A DNA stretch of 64,000 bases, from assembly GCA_031424295.1 (NCBI GenBank), contig JANPHE010000273.1:1832-65831 (forward strand). Direction: 5' to 3'. The first letter of the stretch is position 1; each line of letters begins with the position of its first letter. Below are positions 16,941 to 26,576 of the stretch, piece by piece. The notes beneath the pieces were generated by a model. That model was given only the letters and a program-made list of their open reading frames with translations. It did no database searches and was not told the DNA's origin. The translations under genes were made by a program, and so were the position numbers. This stretch comes from Segetibacter sp. GTDB taxonomy: Bacteria > Bacteroidota > Bacteroidia > Chitinophagales > Chitinophagaceae.

Positions 16941-19139
16941 ATGCCAAATTTGAAACAAACGCAGATAATATCGTTTCTAAAGTTTGCAGGGCTTTCTATT
17001 TTGAACAGTTATTCCATGTTGTTCTTTTCAAAGAATAGCTGGTTGGCTGTAATGATAATGGTCATTACTTTTTTTAATCCTCATAGTGGATTGGCAGGCG
17101 TAGCGGCTACTGCTATTGCTTTGCTATCTGCTTATGCTATGGGGTTTGGAAGATTGCAAGTCAAGACAGGATTGTACACTTACAGTGCTTTATTGCTTGG
17201 CCTTGGTATGGGTACTTTCTACGATTACAGTGCAGCGTTTTGGATATTATTGGCTTTCGCTTCCCTTATTTCTGTTTTATTATCAGCTGCTTTTATAGCT
17301 AAGTTGGCAAAAAATGGTTTGCCAGCTTTGTCGTTAGGATTCATATTGAGCTTTTGGCTTGTAATGCTGGCTTCTAAAGAGTTTTCTGCTATTGGATTAA
17401 CTACAAGAAATATTTATTGGCTCAATGAAATGTATGCAACCGGAGGCAACAAGTTGATCTATTATTTTCAATTGATAGAAAACTGGACATTACCCGATTA
17501 TGTAGCCGGCTTCTTTCGCTCAATGAGTGCCATTATTTTTCAAAATAATTTGTTAGCCGGTGTCTTATTGTCTGTTGGTCTGCTAATCCATTCTCGCATC
17601 GGTTTTTTATTAATGGTTGTAGGATATGCCGTTGCAATGATTTTCAACGGGTTCATGGGTGGATTTCCTTTGGGCGGCGTGAACTATTATAATATGGGAA
17701 CCAACTTCATGTTGGTTGCTGTTGCTATTGGAGGCTTCTATATCATCCCTTCAATATTTTCATTCTTATGGGCATGTTTAATCGTTCCACTTTCGTACAT
17801 ATTGGTAGTAGCTTTAGGTAAGATTACTTTTTTATGGGGGCTTCCCGTTTTCTCACTTCCATTTTGCATAGCTGTTATCTTGTTTCTTTATTGTTTAAGG
17901 TTAAGAACAAACCCGGGACGATTGGTATTGACGCCCATTCAATATTATAGCCCCGAAATAAATCTTTATAGGTACATCAATGGAAAAGACAGGCTGATGA
18001 ATCAGTTTTATCACCACCTTGCTTTGCCAGTGCTTGGTGAGTGGATGGTCAGTCAGGGTTATAATGGTACCATGACCCACAAGGGAGATTGGAATAAGGC
18101 GTTGGATTTTGTAATATTGGATCCTGAAATGAAAACATATGCAATGCCCGGCATTTTGCCTGAACACTTTTACTGTTACAATAAACCAGTTGTAAGTCCT
18201 GCAGATGGCATAGTAGAAGAAATAGTTGATTTCATAGATGATAATGAAATTGGAAAAACAAATACAGGACAGAATTGGGGGAATAGTATTGTAATAAAAC
18301 ACGCCGATTCTTTATATACCAAATTGTCGCACCTTAAGAAAAATTCTTTTAAAGTAACCAAAGGTCAATACGTAAGAAAAGGAGAAATAATAGCTGCCTG
18401 TGGTAGTTCGGGTAGGTCTCCCGAACCGCATTTGCACTTTCAGGTGCAATCCACCCCTTATGTAGGATCAAAGACAATGTACTATCCACTTTCATTTTTT
18501 TATGCACGCAAAGATGACAATGAAAAACTGGAAACCTTTGTTGTACCAAAGGAGGGTGACTTTGTGACTAATGTAATGACTAATAAACAACTTCAGAAAG
18601 CGTTTAATTTTCAGCCGGGTTTTGTGTTAAAGGTGAGTGCTGATGGCTTTGAAACGGAAGAGTGGGAGGTGGTAACAAGCATTTACAATGAATCTTATCT
18701 TTATTGCGAACAACACAATGCCTTTGCGTATTTCACATACAATGGAACACTTTTTTATTTTACCAATTATTTTGGAAAAAAAGATACCCTCCTTTACCTA
18801 TTTTATTTATCTGCCTACAAAGTGCTGCTTAGTGCTGAAAAAGACATAACCGTCAATGACAATTATCCATTGAATATTCTTGGTTTTAGGCCAATAAGGT
18901 GGATACAGGATTTGGTTGCTCCTTTCTTCATTTTCATTAAAATTAATTATCATTCTACTGTGAAAAAGAGAAATGAGTTAAGTGATTATAATATTGAGCT
19001 AACCAGCGAGCAAAATCAATCAATACTTGGAATCACAAAAGATAAAATGCAGTCAACAATAATTGTTCAAAATGGCGCACTGCATGCTTTCAAGGTTATT
19101 ATTAATAATAAAACAATAGAGGCTACATGTACAGAATAA
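16941..19139 (+). CDS. Fusion protein: urea-transporter-like membrane domain, M23 peptidase domain and ~210-aa C-terminal domain of unknown function
   Basis: The first ~330 aa are polytopic. ILNSYSMLFFSKNSWLAVMIMV...GLYTYSALLLGLGMG resembles the UT-family signature (GQV-F-Q-N...GLYGFNG-LVGLA). Residues ~370-510 contain HKGDWNKALDF and SGRSPEPHLHFQV, the M23 H-x-x-x-D and H-x-H zinc motifs. Confidence 0.65.
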   Translation: MPNLKQTQIISFLKFAGLSILNSYSMLFFSKNSWLAVMIMVITFFNPHSGLAGVAATAIALLSAYAMGFGRLQVKTGLYTYSALLLGLGMGTFYDYSAAFWILLAFASLISVLLSAAFIAKLAKNGLPALSLGFILSFWLVMLASKEFSAIGLTTRNIYWLNEMYATGGNKLIYYFQLIENWTLPDYVAGFFRSMSAIIFQNNLLAGVLLSVGLLIHSRIGFLLMVVGYAVAMIFNGFMGGFPLGGVNYYNMGTNFMLVAVAIGGFYIIPSIFSFLWACLIVPLSYILVVALGKITFLWGLPVFSLPFCIAVILFLYCLRLRTNPGRLVLTPIQYYSPEINLYRYINGKDRLMNQFYHHLALPVLGEWMVSQGYNGTMTHKGDWNKALDFVILDPEMKTYAMPGILPEHFYCYNKPVVSPADGIVEEIVDFIDDNEIGKTNTGQNWGNSIVIKHADSLYTKLSHLKKNSFKVTKGQYVRKGEIIAACGSSGRSPEPHLHFQVQSTPYVGSKTMYYPLSFFYARKDDNEKLETFVVPKEGDFVTNVMTNKQLQKAFNFQPGFVLKVSADGFETEEWEVVTSIYNESYLYCEQHNAFAYFTYNGTLFYFTNYFGKKDTLLYLFYLSAYKVLLSAEKDITVNDNYPLNILGFRPIRWIQDLVAPFFIFIKINYHSTVKKRNELSDYNIELTSEQNQSILGITKDKMQSTIIVQNGALHAFKVIINNKTIEATCTE

Positions 19140-20311
19140 AACTGTTTATTTTTTTTGCAGGGATGTTGATCACTTCTTTGCTAAGTGCTCAGACAAATAT
19201 GACTTTTGAAGAAGTTAATACAAAGAGTTATTCATTGTATGAAAAGAGTAATTGGAAAGAGTTATTGCAATTTGGTGATAACGCTATAGGAAGTGGACAA
19301 GATTTCATTTTGCTTAGGCTGAGGTTGGGTTATGCTGCCTTTATGCTCAATAATTTCAGTAAATCTATCAAGCATTATGAAGCAGTAATTAAAGAAGATT
19401 CGTATAATGCTACGGCGCATTATTATCTTTTTCTCTGTAAGAAATACCTAAACCATGAAGCACTTGCAGATAGGCATGCAAAGTATCTTGCCGAAGAAGT
19501 TTTGAAAAATGAAAAGCTGAACGCTTTTGCTTTAACAGGTGTCGGATTGGAAGTTAGTTATAAGCAGACCGACATTAAAGCTAGAGAAAACTCATTGTAT
19601 GCCAGACTTGATTTAGGTACCCGATTGGGGTGGAATATTCATATGGTCAACGCAGTAGGAATGTACAATCAGGTAGTACGCGAACCGAAGTTAACTGCTG
19701 TATTAAATAATAACAATATTCAGGTAAACCAGAAGGAGTATTATAATAAAACCCTGATCAATGTGTCTAATAAGATACAACTAAAAGCGATTTATCATTT
19801 CCTAAATACACCATTTAATAACTTTGTTTATTCCAATCATGTTGGAGGTCTTGGGTTGACTTATTTTAATCATTATTATGATATTAGCGCAGATGCCAAC
19901 ATTGCTAAGTTGACTGATTCTACTTATTACCAATACAATGTTAAGCTTGGATTGTATCCTTTAGGAAACCTCAATTTTTATAGTTTTTCTACAGGGATCC
20001 TTAGAACTAATTCCAATACCGGAACGGCATTTAATATTAAACAGGTTATTGGCTTTAAACTTATGAAGAAAACATGGGTCGAAGTAAATGGAACTTTTGG
20101 AGAATTTAACAATTTGCTTGAGAATGACGCATTGTATGTGTATAATGCAATAGATAAAAATACGTTTAAGGCGGGTGGGACCCTATATGTTACACCTACT
20201 TCAAATTTAGTTTTGACGGTTGGATATACTTATGAAAAAAGAGAACTTTATAAAACACTTTTACCTTTTAATCAACACTCAATAACAGGAGGTCTATCAT
20301 GGAAATTGTAA
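19127..20311 (+). CDS. Secreted protein with an N-terminal TPR-like region and a predicted C-terminal beta-barrel
   Basis: Signal peptide MYRIKLFIFFAGMLITSLLSAQ. LRLRLGYAAFMLNNFSKSIKHYEAVI shares a motif with the two downstream TPR proteins. The C-terminal two thirds are alternating-hydrophobic beta-strand-like and end ...ITGGLSWKL. It overlaps both neighbours by 13 nt. Confidence 0.5.
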   Translation: MYRIKLFIFFAGMLITSLLSAQTNMTFEEVNTKSYSLYEKSNWKELLQFGDNAIGSGQDFILLRLRLGYAAFMLNNFSKSIKHYEAVIKEDSYNATAHYYLFLCKKYLNHEALADRHAKYLAEEVLKNEKLNAFALTGVGLEVSYKQTDIKARENSLYARLDLGTRLGWNIHMVNAVGMYNQVVREPKLTAVLNNNNIQVNQKEYYNKTLINVSNKIQLKAIYHFLNTPFNNFVYSNHVGGLGLTYFNHYYDISADANIAKLTDSTYYQYNVKLGLYPLGNLNFYSFSTGILRTNSNTGTAFNIKQVIGFKLMKKTWVEVNGTFGEFNNLLENDALYVYNAIDKNTFKAGGTLYVTPTSNLVLTVGYTYEKRELYKTLLPFNQHSITGGLSWKL

Positions 20312-20919
20312 AAAAAATATTCGTAGTTAGTGCCATTTTATTTCATGCTGCCGTTGGTATTGCTCAGAATGTGAGTAATATGGAAAAAGCATTTAACGGA
20401 AGTTATAATGAGGAATATCTGAAAAATTATGAAAAGGCTATCGCTGAGCTTAATAAAGTTTATAGCAGCGATAGTTACGAAATGAATTTACGGTTGGGTT
20501 GGTTATATTATCTGAGCAAAAATTATGAAACTTCAGGTAGTTACTATCAAAAAGCGATTAGCCAAAAACCAGAGGCGCTAGAACCGAGATTGGGTATTGT
20601 AATGCCCCTTGCTTTCTTAGATGATGGTACAAAGTTATTGCAACAGTATGCTAGCATAATTAAGTTACATCCTCAAAATACTATTGCTAATTATTGGTCG
20701 GGAGTCATTAACTACAACAAAAAAGATTACAAATCAGCCCAGAAATTTTTTGAAAAAATTGTCGAACTCTATCCATTCGATTATGATTCAAATCACATGT
20801 TAGCTTGGTCGCTTTTAAACCAAGGTAAAAGTGCTGAAGCAAAAACATTTTTTCAAGCAGCCTTGATGGTTCGGCCAAGCGATGCCTCTGCACTTGAAGG
20901 ATTGGGTAAAATAAAATAA
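20299..20919 (+). CDS. Secreted TPR-repeat protein (paralogue 1)
   Basis: Signal peptide plus TPR-like helices (NLRLGWLYYLSKNYETSGSYYQKAI; YWSGVINYNKKDYKSAQKFFEKIVELYP). Confidence 0.7.
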   Translation: MEIVKKIFVVSAILFHAAVGIAQNVSNMEKAFNGSYNEEYLKNYEKAIAELNKVYSSDSYEMNLRLGWLYYLSKNYETSGSYYQKAISQKPEALEPRLGIVMPLAFLDDGTKLLQQYASIIKLHPQNTIANYWSGVINYNKKDYKSAQKFFEKIVELYPFDYDSNHMLAWSLLNQGKSAEAKTFFQAALMVRPSDASALEGLGKIK

Positions 20920-20945
20920 TTTATAAATCAACAAATTAATCAGTT

Positions 20946-21563
20946 ATGAAAACTATCAATAAAATAATAATTTTAGTAGCAATTGTGTTTCAGTCAATGA
21001 CTGTTTTTTCTCAATCAGGAGACCTTCAAAAAGCATTTGTAGAAAGCTATACACAGGAATACAATAAAAAATATACAGAGGCTATTGCTTCATTGGTAAA
21101 AGTATACAATGAGAAAAGCTATGAAATAAACTTGCGGTTAGGGTGGTTAAATTATATAAATGGTAATTACCCCCAATCTCAAAGTTATTACCAAAAAGCG
21201 ATCAACCTAAAGTCCTATTCCATTGAAGCTAAATTAGGGATGATTAAACCATTATCAGCCTTGGAAAGCTGGGATAAGGTATTGCTACAGTATGAAGAAA
21301 TACTAAAGATTGACCCTCAAAATGCCAATACTAATTATTGGGCAGGTATTATTTATTACAATAGAAAAAAGTATGACGCAGCTGCAAAGTATTTCGAAAA
21401 GGGGGTAAATTTATATCCATTTGATTACGATTCTAACCACATGCTGGGGTGGACTTATCTAAATTTGGGTCGTGCGCAAGATGCGAAAATTTTATTTAAA
21501 AAAGCGCTGCTCAGTCATCCAGGCGATGCTTCTGCTACCGATGGTCTTAGCAAGTGTAAATAG
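20946..21563 (+). CDS. Secreted TPR-repeat protein (paralogue 2, tandem duplicate)
   Basis: Collinear with the preceding protein, with roughly half the positions identical by eye. Compare NLRLGWLNYINGNYPQSQSYYQKAI and LYPFDYDSNHMLGWTYLNLG with LYPFDYDSNHMLAWSLLNQG. Confidence 0.7.
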   Translation: MKTINKIIILVAIVFQSMTVFSQSGDLQKAFVESYTQEYNKKYTEAIASLVKVYNEKSYEINLRLGWLNYINGNYPQSQSYYQKAINLKSYSIEAKLGMIKPLSALESWDKVLLQYEEILKIDPQNANTNYWAGIIYYNRKKYDAAAKYFEKGVNLYPFDYDSNHMLGWTYLNLGRAQDAKILFKKALLSHPGDASATDGLSKCK

Positions 21564-21990
21564 ACATTCTTCTGATTTTGCAAATGATTTTGGCAGTTTT
21601 ATTGACCCCAAACAGTTGGTGCTGTTAAATGAATCTTTAAGCAAAATGACTAAATTTAAATTGCATTACGGTAAAAGTGCTCATTGTAGATTAGAATGAT
21701 AAACAAAATATTTATTAGGTTTTTTTATCCAGTATATACTGCCCAAGTGTTTAATTTTCTTTCACAAATTCAGAAAATAATAGCTGATTAGACTTCTATT
21801 ATAGTTAACAATAACCGTTAAAGATTGTATAAGCATCTTTTCTGTTTATTGCTAACCATTTATAAAGATTACCTTTAATCTTTGATTGCCATCCACTAGC
21901 TTTAAGCGTTGATACATTCTTTAGGCAATTAGCATTAGCATTTTCAGAACTTTTTTTTTGTATTTTTGAAACCATTAAATAATACAGCGA

Positions 21991-22836
21991 ATGATTAAAG
22001 CATTTATTCTTACTGTAGTTCTTTCGATGCAATTGATTTTTGCATCAGGAAGGCCAATAATAGGTAATGTTATCTTTCCTATGAATACCGAGTCTTCATT
22101 TGTTTCATTTACAGATAACAATAAAGATAAAGAAGCAGTAATTGAAAAGGCTACTTCTTTGTATGAGTTATTGAATCTTTCTGAACTCGGGCTTTCAAAA
22201 TCTGCCTATGAATATGCTATTCAAGGTTACGTCACACTTTTGAGTAACGGGAAATTAAATAATTCCAATGTTTTATCAATAGTTGACTTCAGCCACCCAT
22301 CCAGTAAAAAAAGGTTGTATGTGATTGATTTGAAGAATGGGAAATTACTTTTCAATACCTACGTTGCACATGGAAGGGGGTCGGGCAGAGAAATGGCAAG
22401 TGATTTTTCCAATGCGCCTGAGAGCAATAAAAGCAGCCTTGGTTTTTTTGTTACAGGAGATACTTATTTTGGAAAGCATGGTTTATCACTTCGCCTATTT
22501 GGTGAGGAAAAAGGTATAAATGATAATGCGAACAGCCGTGCAATAGTAATGCACAGTGCTTCATACGTTACGGAAGACATAATAAAAACCCAAGGTTTTA
22601 TTGGTCGCAGCCAGGGTTGCCCGGCATTACCCGAAGCCTTAAGTAAGCCAATTATTGACAAAGTGAAAAATGGAAGTTGTTTATTTTTATATAGTCCGGA
22701 TAAATTTTATCTGACAAATTCCCGCATTCTCAAAAATGTTATTAAGGAGGAAAAACCAGTAGCCATTAATATATTCAAAGGAAAATATTTTTCTTCCTTT
22801 TTCATGTCTCTTTTAGCCCTGATTAATCATATATAA
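21991..22836 (+). CDS. L,D-transpeptidase catalytic-domain-like protein (YkuD_2 type)
   Basis: YVAHGRGSG...SSLGFFVTGDTYFGKHGLSLRLFGEEKGINDNANSRAIVMHSASYV...GRSQGCPALP contains the H...G-x-S-x-G-C-P catalytic motif of murein L,D-transpeptidase-like proteins. Confidence 0.7.
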   Translation: MIKAFILTVVLSMQLIFASGRPIIGNVIFPMNTESSFVSFTDNNKDKEAVIEKATSLYELLNLSELGLSKSAYEYAIQGYVTLLSNGKLNNSNVLSIVDFSHPSSKKRLYVIDLKNGKLLFNTYVAHGRGSGREMASDFSNAPESNKSSLGFFVTGDTYFGKHGLSLRLFGEEKGINDNANSRAIVMHSASYVTEDIIKTQGFIGRSQGCPALPEALSKPIIDKVKNGSCLFLYSPDKFYLTNSRILKNVIKEEKPVAINIFKGKYFSSFFMSLLALINHI

Positions 22837-22907
22837 TTTTACGGGTAATTTTATCCTTCAATAAACGATATTTGCAACCATTATTGCCAATATAGTTAAA
22901 TTTATTT

Positions 22908-25664
22908 ATGAAGGATTTTTCATACATCACCAATTCTCATCCGGCATACATTGAAAGCCTATACAAAGAATTTGCGGTAAACCCTGACAGTGTTGACCCG
23001 GAAATGCGCAAATTTTTTGAAGGTTTTGATTTTGCTATCAGTCAAAATGCAACTATTTCCAATGGGGCTTCTCCCGAATCTCCAAGCTTAGCTTCGGTTC
23101 TAGTGGATGATAAAAAAGTGCACAAAGAGTTGAGCGTTTTGCGCCTGATTAAAGCCTATCGGAAAAAGGGACATCTGATAGCTAAAACCAATCCGATTCG
23201 TGAAAGAAAAGACCGAAGAGCAAATCTAAATCTTGAGCATTTTGGTTTATCCGATGCAGACCTTCAAACTACTTTTGAAGCAGGAAATTACCTAGGACTT
23301 CAGAGTAGAACATTGCAAGATATTATTTCCTTTTTGCAAGGTTGTTACACTTCTTCTGTTGGTATAGAATACACTTATATAAACGACCAAGAGAAAATTG
23401 ATTGGCTACAGAATGAAATAGAAGCTGATTTTCAAAAGCCGCTTGCTATAGAAGATAAGAAGAACATTCTGGAAAAATTAAACCAGGGTGTCATTTTTGA
23501 AAAGTTTCTTCATACCAAATACATAGGACAAAAGAGATTTTCATTGGAAGGAGGAGAAACAACAATAGCAGCTTTAGACGCTATGATCAATAGTGCGGCT
23601 GATTTAGGTGTGCAAGAAGTTGTAATTGGAATGGCACACCGTGGTCGCTTAAATGTTTTGGCAAATACACTTGGAAAAACGTACGAGCAAATTTTTAATG
23701 AGTTTGAAGGAACTGCTTTGCCTGATACAACGATGGGTAGTGGCGATGTAAAATACCATATGGGTTTTAGAGGAGAACATACTACTCAGGACGGTAGAAC
23801 AGTAAACCTGCAGCTTTGTCCTAATCCATCTCACCTGGAAGCTGTTGACCCGGTAGTGGTGGGGTTTGCAAGAAGTAAAGCGGACGTTATATATGAAAGC
23901 GAATATGATAGAATTGTACCTATACTTATTCATGGTGATGCCTCGGTAGCTGGCCAAGGTGTAGTTTATGAAGTGGTGCAAATGAGCGGATTAAAAGGCT
24001 ATTATACAGGTGGAACCATCCATTTTGTAATTAACAATCAAATTGGATTTACAACAGATTTTGATGATGCCCGTACGGCTGATTATTGTACGTCGGTAGC
24101 CTCAATGATTCAGGCGCCTGTATTTCATGTAAACGGCGATGATCCTGAGGCTGTGGTTAAGTTAAGTAGAATAGCAATGCGCTATCGCCAGGAGTTTAAT
24201 ACCGATGTTTTTGTAGACATGGTTTGTTACCGCCGACATGGGCACAATGAAGGCGATGATCCAAAATATACCCAACCTACGCTTTATGCCTTAATAGAAA
24301 AGCATGCCAATCCAAGAGAAATTTACAACCAAAAACTTGTCCAAAATGGATCTATCGATGCAGCGTTGGCCAAAGAAATGGAGAAGAAGTTTTGGAGCGA
24401 TTTACAAGAACGGTTAGATGATCTAAAGCAAAATCCAATACCATATAAGTTTCAAAAACCAGAGCTTTGGTGGCAAAATTTGAAGAAGGCAACCAAGGAA
24501 GATTTTGATCAATCGCCTTCAACAGCTATTAGTCAAGAGCAGTTTAAATTAGTCTTTGATAACCTCATGAAATGGCCTGATAATTTTCAGCCTTTGAGAA
24601 AAGTTGAAAAGTTATTGCAAGATAAGATTAAGCTTTTCGAAAAAGATACTTCTATTGATTGGGCTACAGGTGAGCTATTAGCGTACGGTTCTTTGTTGCT
24701 AGATGGAAACGATGTGCGAATGAGTGGGCAGGATGTACGAAGAGGAACTTTCTCTCATCGCCATGCTGTACTGAGAGATGAGCAAAACGATAGTAGTTAC
24801 AATCGTGTAAATCATATTCCCGGTGCTGATGGAAAGTTTAGAATTTATAATTCCTTTCTAAGTGAATATGCAGTATTGGGTTTCGAATATGGCTATTCAA
24901 TAGCCAATCCAAATACTTTGGTTTTGTGGGAGGCGCAGTTTGGCGATTTTTTCAATACTGCACAGCCTATGGTTGACCAATTTATTTCCTGCTCCGAAAC
25001 TAAATGGCAGCAGATGAGTGGGTTGGTAATGTTGTTGCCACACGGATACGAAGGTCAAGGCCCTGAACATAGCAGTGCCCGTATGGAACGTTTTCTACAA
25101 ATGTCGGCAGAACAAAATTGGGTGATTGCAGATATCACAACATCTGCCAATTTGTTCCATGCATTAAGAAGGCAGCTTGCCTGGAATTTCAGGAAGCCAT
25201 TGGTGGTATTTACGCCAAAGGCCAATCTAAGACACCCGGGTAGTTATAGCAAAATGGATGAGTTCTTAACGGGTGGTTTTAAAGAAGTTTTGGATGATAT
25301 TTTCGTTACAAAAACAGATGCCGTGAAAAAAGTCCTTTTCTGCTCAGGTAAGGTTTACTTTGACCTTGCAGAAAGGCAACAAAAGGAGAACAGGACTGAC
25401 GTAGCTATTGTAAGATTGGAACAGATATATCCTTTGCCTATTAAACAATTAGAAGTACTTTATAATAAGTACAATAAAGCAACCTGGTATTGGGTACAAG
25501 AAGAACCTATGAATATGGGGGCTTCAGGATTTTTGCAAATGAATTTGCGTGGAATGAATTATGGTGTTATAAGCAGGCAACCTAGCTCTTCTACTGCCAC
25601 CGGATACTCTAAAGTACATACTCAGGAGCAGGCTGAAATTATTGATACTGCATTTAGTATTTAG
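22908..25664 (+). CDS. sucA: 2-oxoglutarate dehydrogenase E1 component
   Basis: 918 aa. YIGQKRFSLEGGE, GMAHRGRLNVL, HGDA...GQG, VCYRRHGHNEGDDP and WEAQFGDF are the characteristic E1o blocks. Confidence 0.95.
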   Translation: MKDFSYITNSHPAYIESLYKEFAVNPDSVDPEMRKFFEGFDFAISQNATISNGASPESPSLASVLVDDKKVHKELSVLRLIKAYRKKGHLIAKTNPIRERKDRRANLNLEHFGLSDADLQTTFEAGNYLGLQSRTLQDIISFLQGCYTSSVGIEYTYINDQEKIDWLQNEIEADFQKPLAIEDKKNILEKLNQGVIFEKFLHTKYIGQKRFSLEGGETTIAALDAMINSAADLGVQEVVIGMAHRGRLNVLANTLGKTYEQIFNEFEGTALPDTTMGSGDVKYHMGFRGEHTTQDGRTVNLQLCPNPSHLEAVDPVVVGFARSKADVIYESEYDRIVPILIHGDASVAGQGVVYEVVQMSGLKGYYTGGTIHFVINNQIGFTTDFDDARTADYCTSVASMIQAPVFHVNGDDPEAVVKLSRIAMRYRQEFNTDVFVDMVCYRRHGHNEGDDPKYTQPTLYALIEKHANPREIYNQKLVQNGSIDAALAKEMEKKFWSDLQERLDDLKQNPIPYKFQKPELWWQNLKKATKEDFDQSPSTAISQEQFKLVFDNLMKWPDNFQPLRKVEKLLQDKIKLFEKDTSIDWATGELLAYGSLLLDGNDVRMSGQDVRRGTFSHRHAVLRDEQNDSSYNRVNHIPGADGKFRIYNSFLSEYAVLGFEYGYSIANPNTLVLWEAQFGDFFNTAQPMVDQFISCSETKWQQMSGLVMLLPHGYEGQGPEHSSARMERFLQMSAEQNWVIADITTSANLFHALRRQLAWNFRKPLVVFTPKANLRHPGSYSKMDEFLTGGFKEVLDDIFVTKTDAVKKVLFCSGKVYFDLAERQQKENRTDVAIVRLEQIYPLPIKQLEVLYNKYNKATWYWVQEEPMNMGASGFLQMNLRGMNYGVISRQPSSSTATGYSKVHTQEQAEIIDTAFSI

Positions 25665-26054
25665 TGATTATTTTGCAAATATTTCGAAGCATTTTTTTTA
25701 CTTCAATGAATGAGATGATTATACGTTTCCATCGATTTTCTTTTAGGTGGAGTGAAAAATTGCAAAGAATTCTAAAATAGGGTATAGTATATATTCAATT
25801 ATTTAATACCTTCTTGCTTTGTCAAATCCATTTGTTTCGTTAGTACGAAACAAACGCACAGAATGAGCGCAAGAACTTCTTCAAAGACAACGCGAGGATG
25901 AAAAATGGGAGGAGGGTTCTCCGCAAGGGCAAAACAAAAGTGCAATGCTGCTTTTGAGCTTCAAGAAATAGTTTTTTGCTGGCTATTTAATATACTTTGA
26001 ACAGCTAATTTTTTACTTAAACTTTTAAATCCCCAAATCAAAACTATTTAATAG

Positions 26055-26576
26055 ATGAATATTAAGAATTATGAGTTCAAGGCAAGCGTTGAAAACTTAG
26101 AGAGGTATGAAGAAAAGTTACTTTCACTCAATCCAATTTATCATGGGTTAGATCATCAGATAGATACTTATTTTAATGTACCAAAAGGGCGGTTAAAGTT
26201 AAGAGAAGGGAATATCGAAAATGCATTAATAAATTATAATCGGAACAATATAGCAGGAGCAAAACTATCTGAGGTAATCCTTTATAAGCATGAACCCGCT
26301 ATTGCTTTAAAAAATATTTTATCTCTTCAATTTGGGATAAAAACGGTGGTTGACAAAAAACGAAAAATATATTTCATCGATAATGTGAAGTTCCATTTGG
26401 ACTTAGTAAAAAATTTGGGAACTTTTATTGAAGTGGAAGCAATTGATAACGATGGAACAATCAGCATAGAAGCACTGAAAGAACAATGTGATAAGTATTT
26501 TGAGTTTTTTGAATTGTCTGATAGTCACGTGATTGATAAATCATACAGCGATTTAATCATAGATTTAAAAATGTAA
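26055..26576 (+). CDS. CYTH-domain protein (class IV adenylate cyclase / CyaB-like)
   Basis: 173 aa. The N-terminal YEFKA (E-x-K), then TYFNVPKGRLKLRE and FHLDLVKNLGTFIEVEA, match the CYTH triphosphate-tunnel fold pattern. Confidence 0.7.
   Translation: MNIKNYEFKASVENLERYEEKLLSLNPIYHGLDHQIDTYFNVPKGRLKLREGNIENALINYNRNNIAGAKLSEVILYKHEPAIALKNILSLQFGIKTVVDKKRKIYFIDNVKFHLDLVKNLGTFIEVEAIDNDGTISIEALKEQCDKYFEFFELSDSHVIDKSYSDLIIDLKM

Noticed and set aside
21472-22032. ORFs 21472-21699 (+) and 21805-22032 (-) in and around the gap after the TPR genes
   Set aside because: Both overlap the ends of better-supported genes, have no motifs and have skewed composition, so I treat them as spurious.
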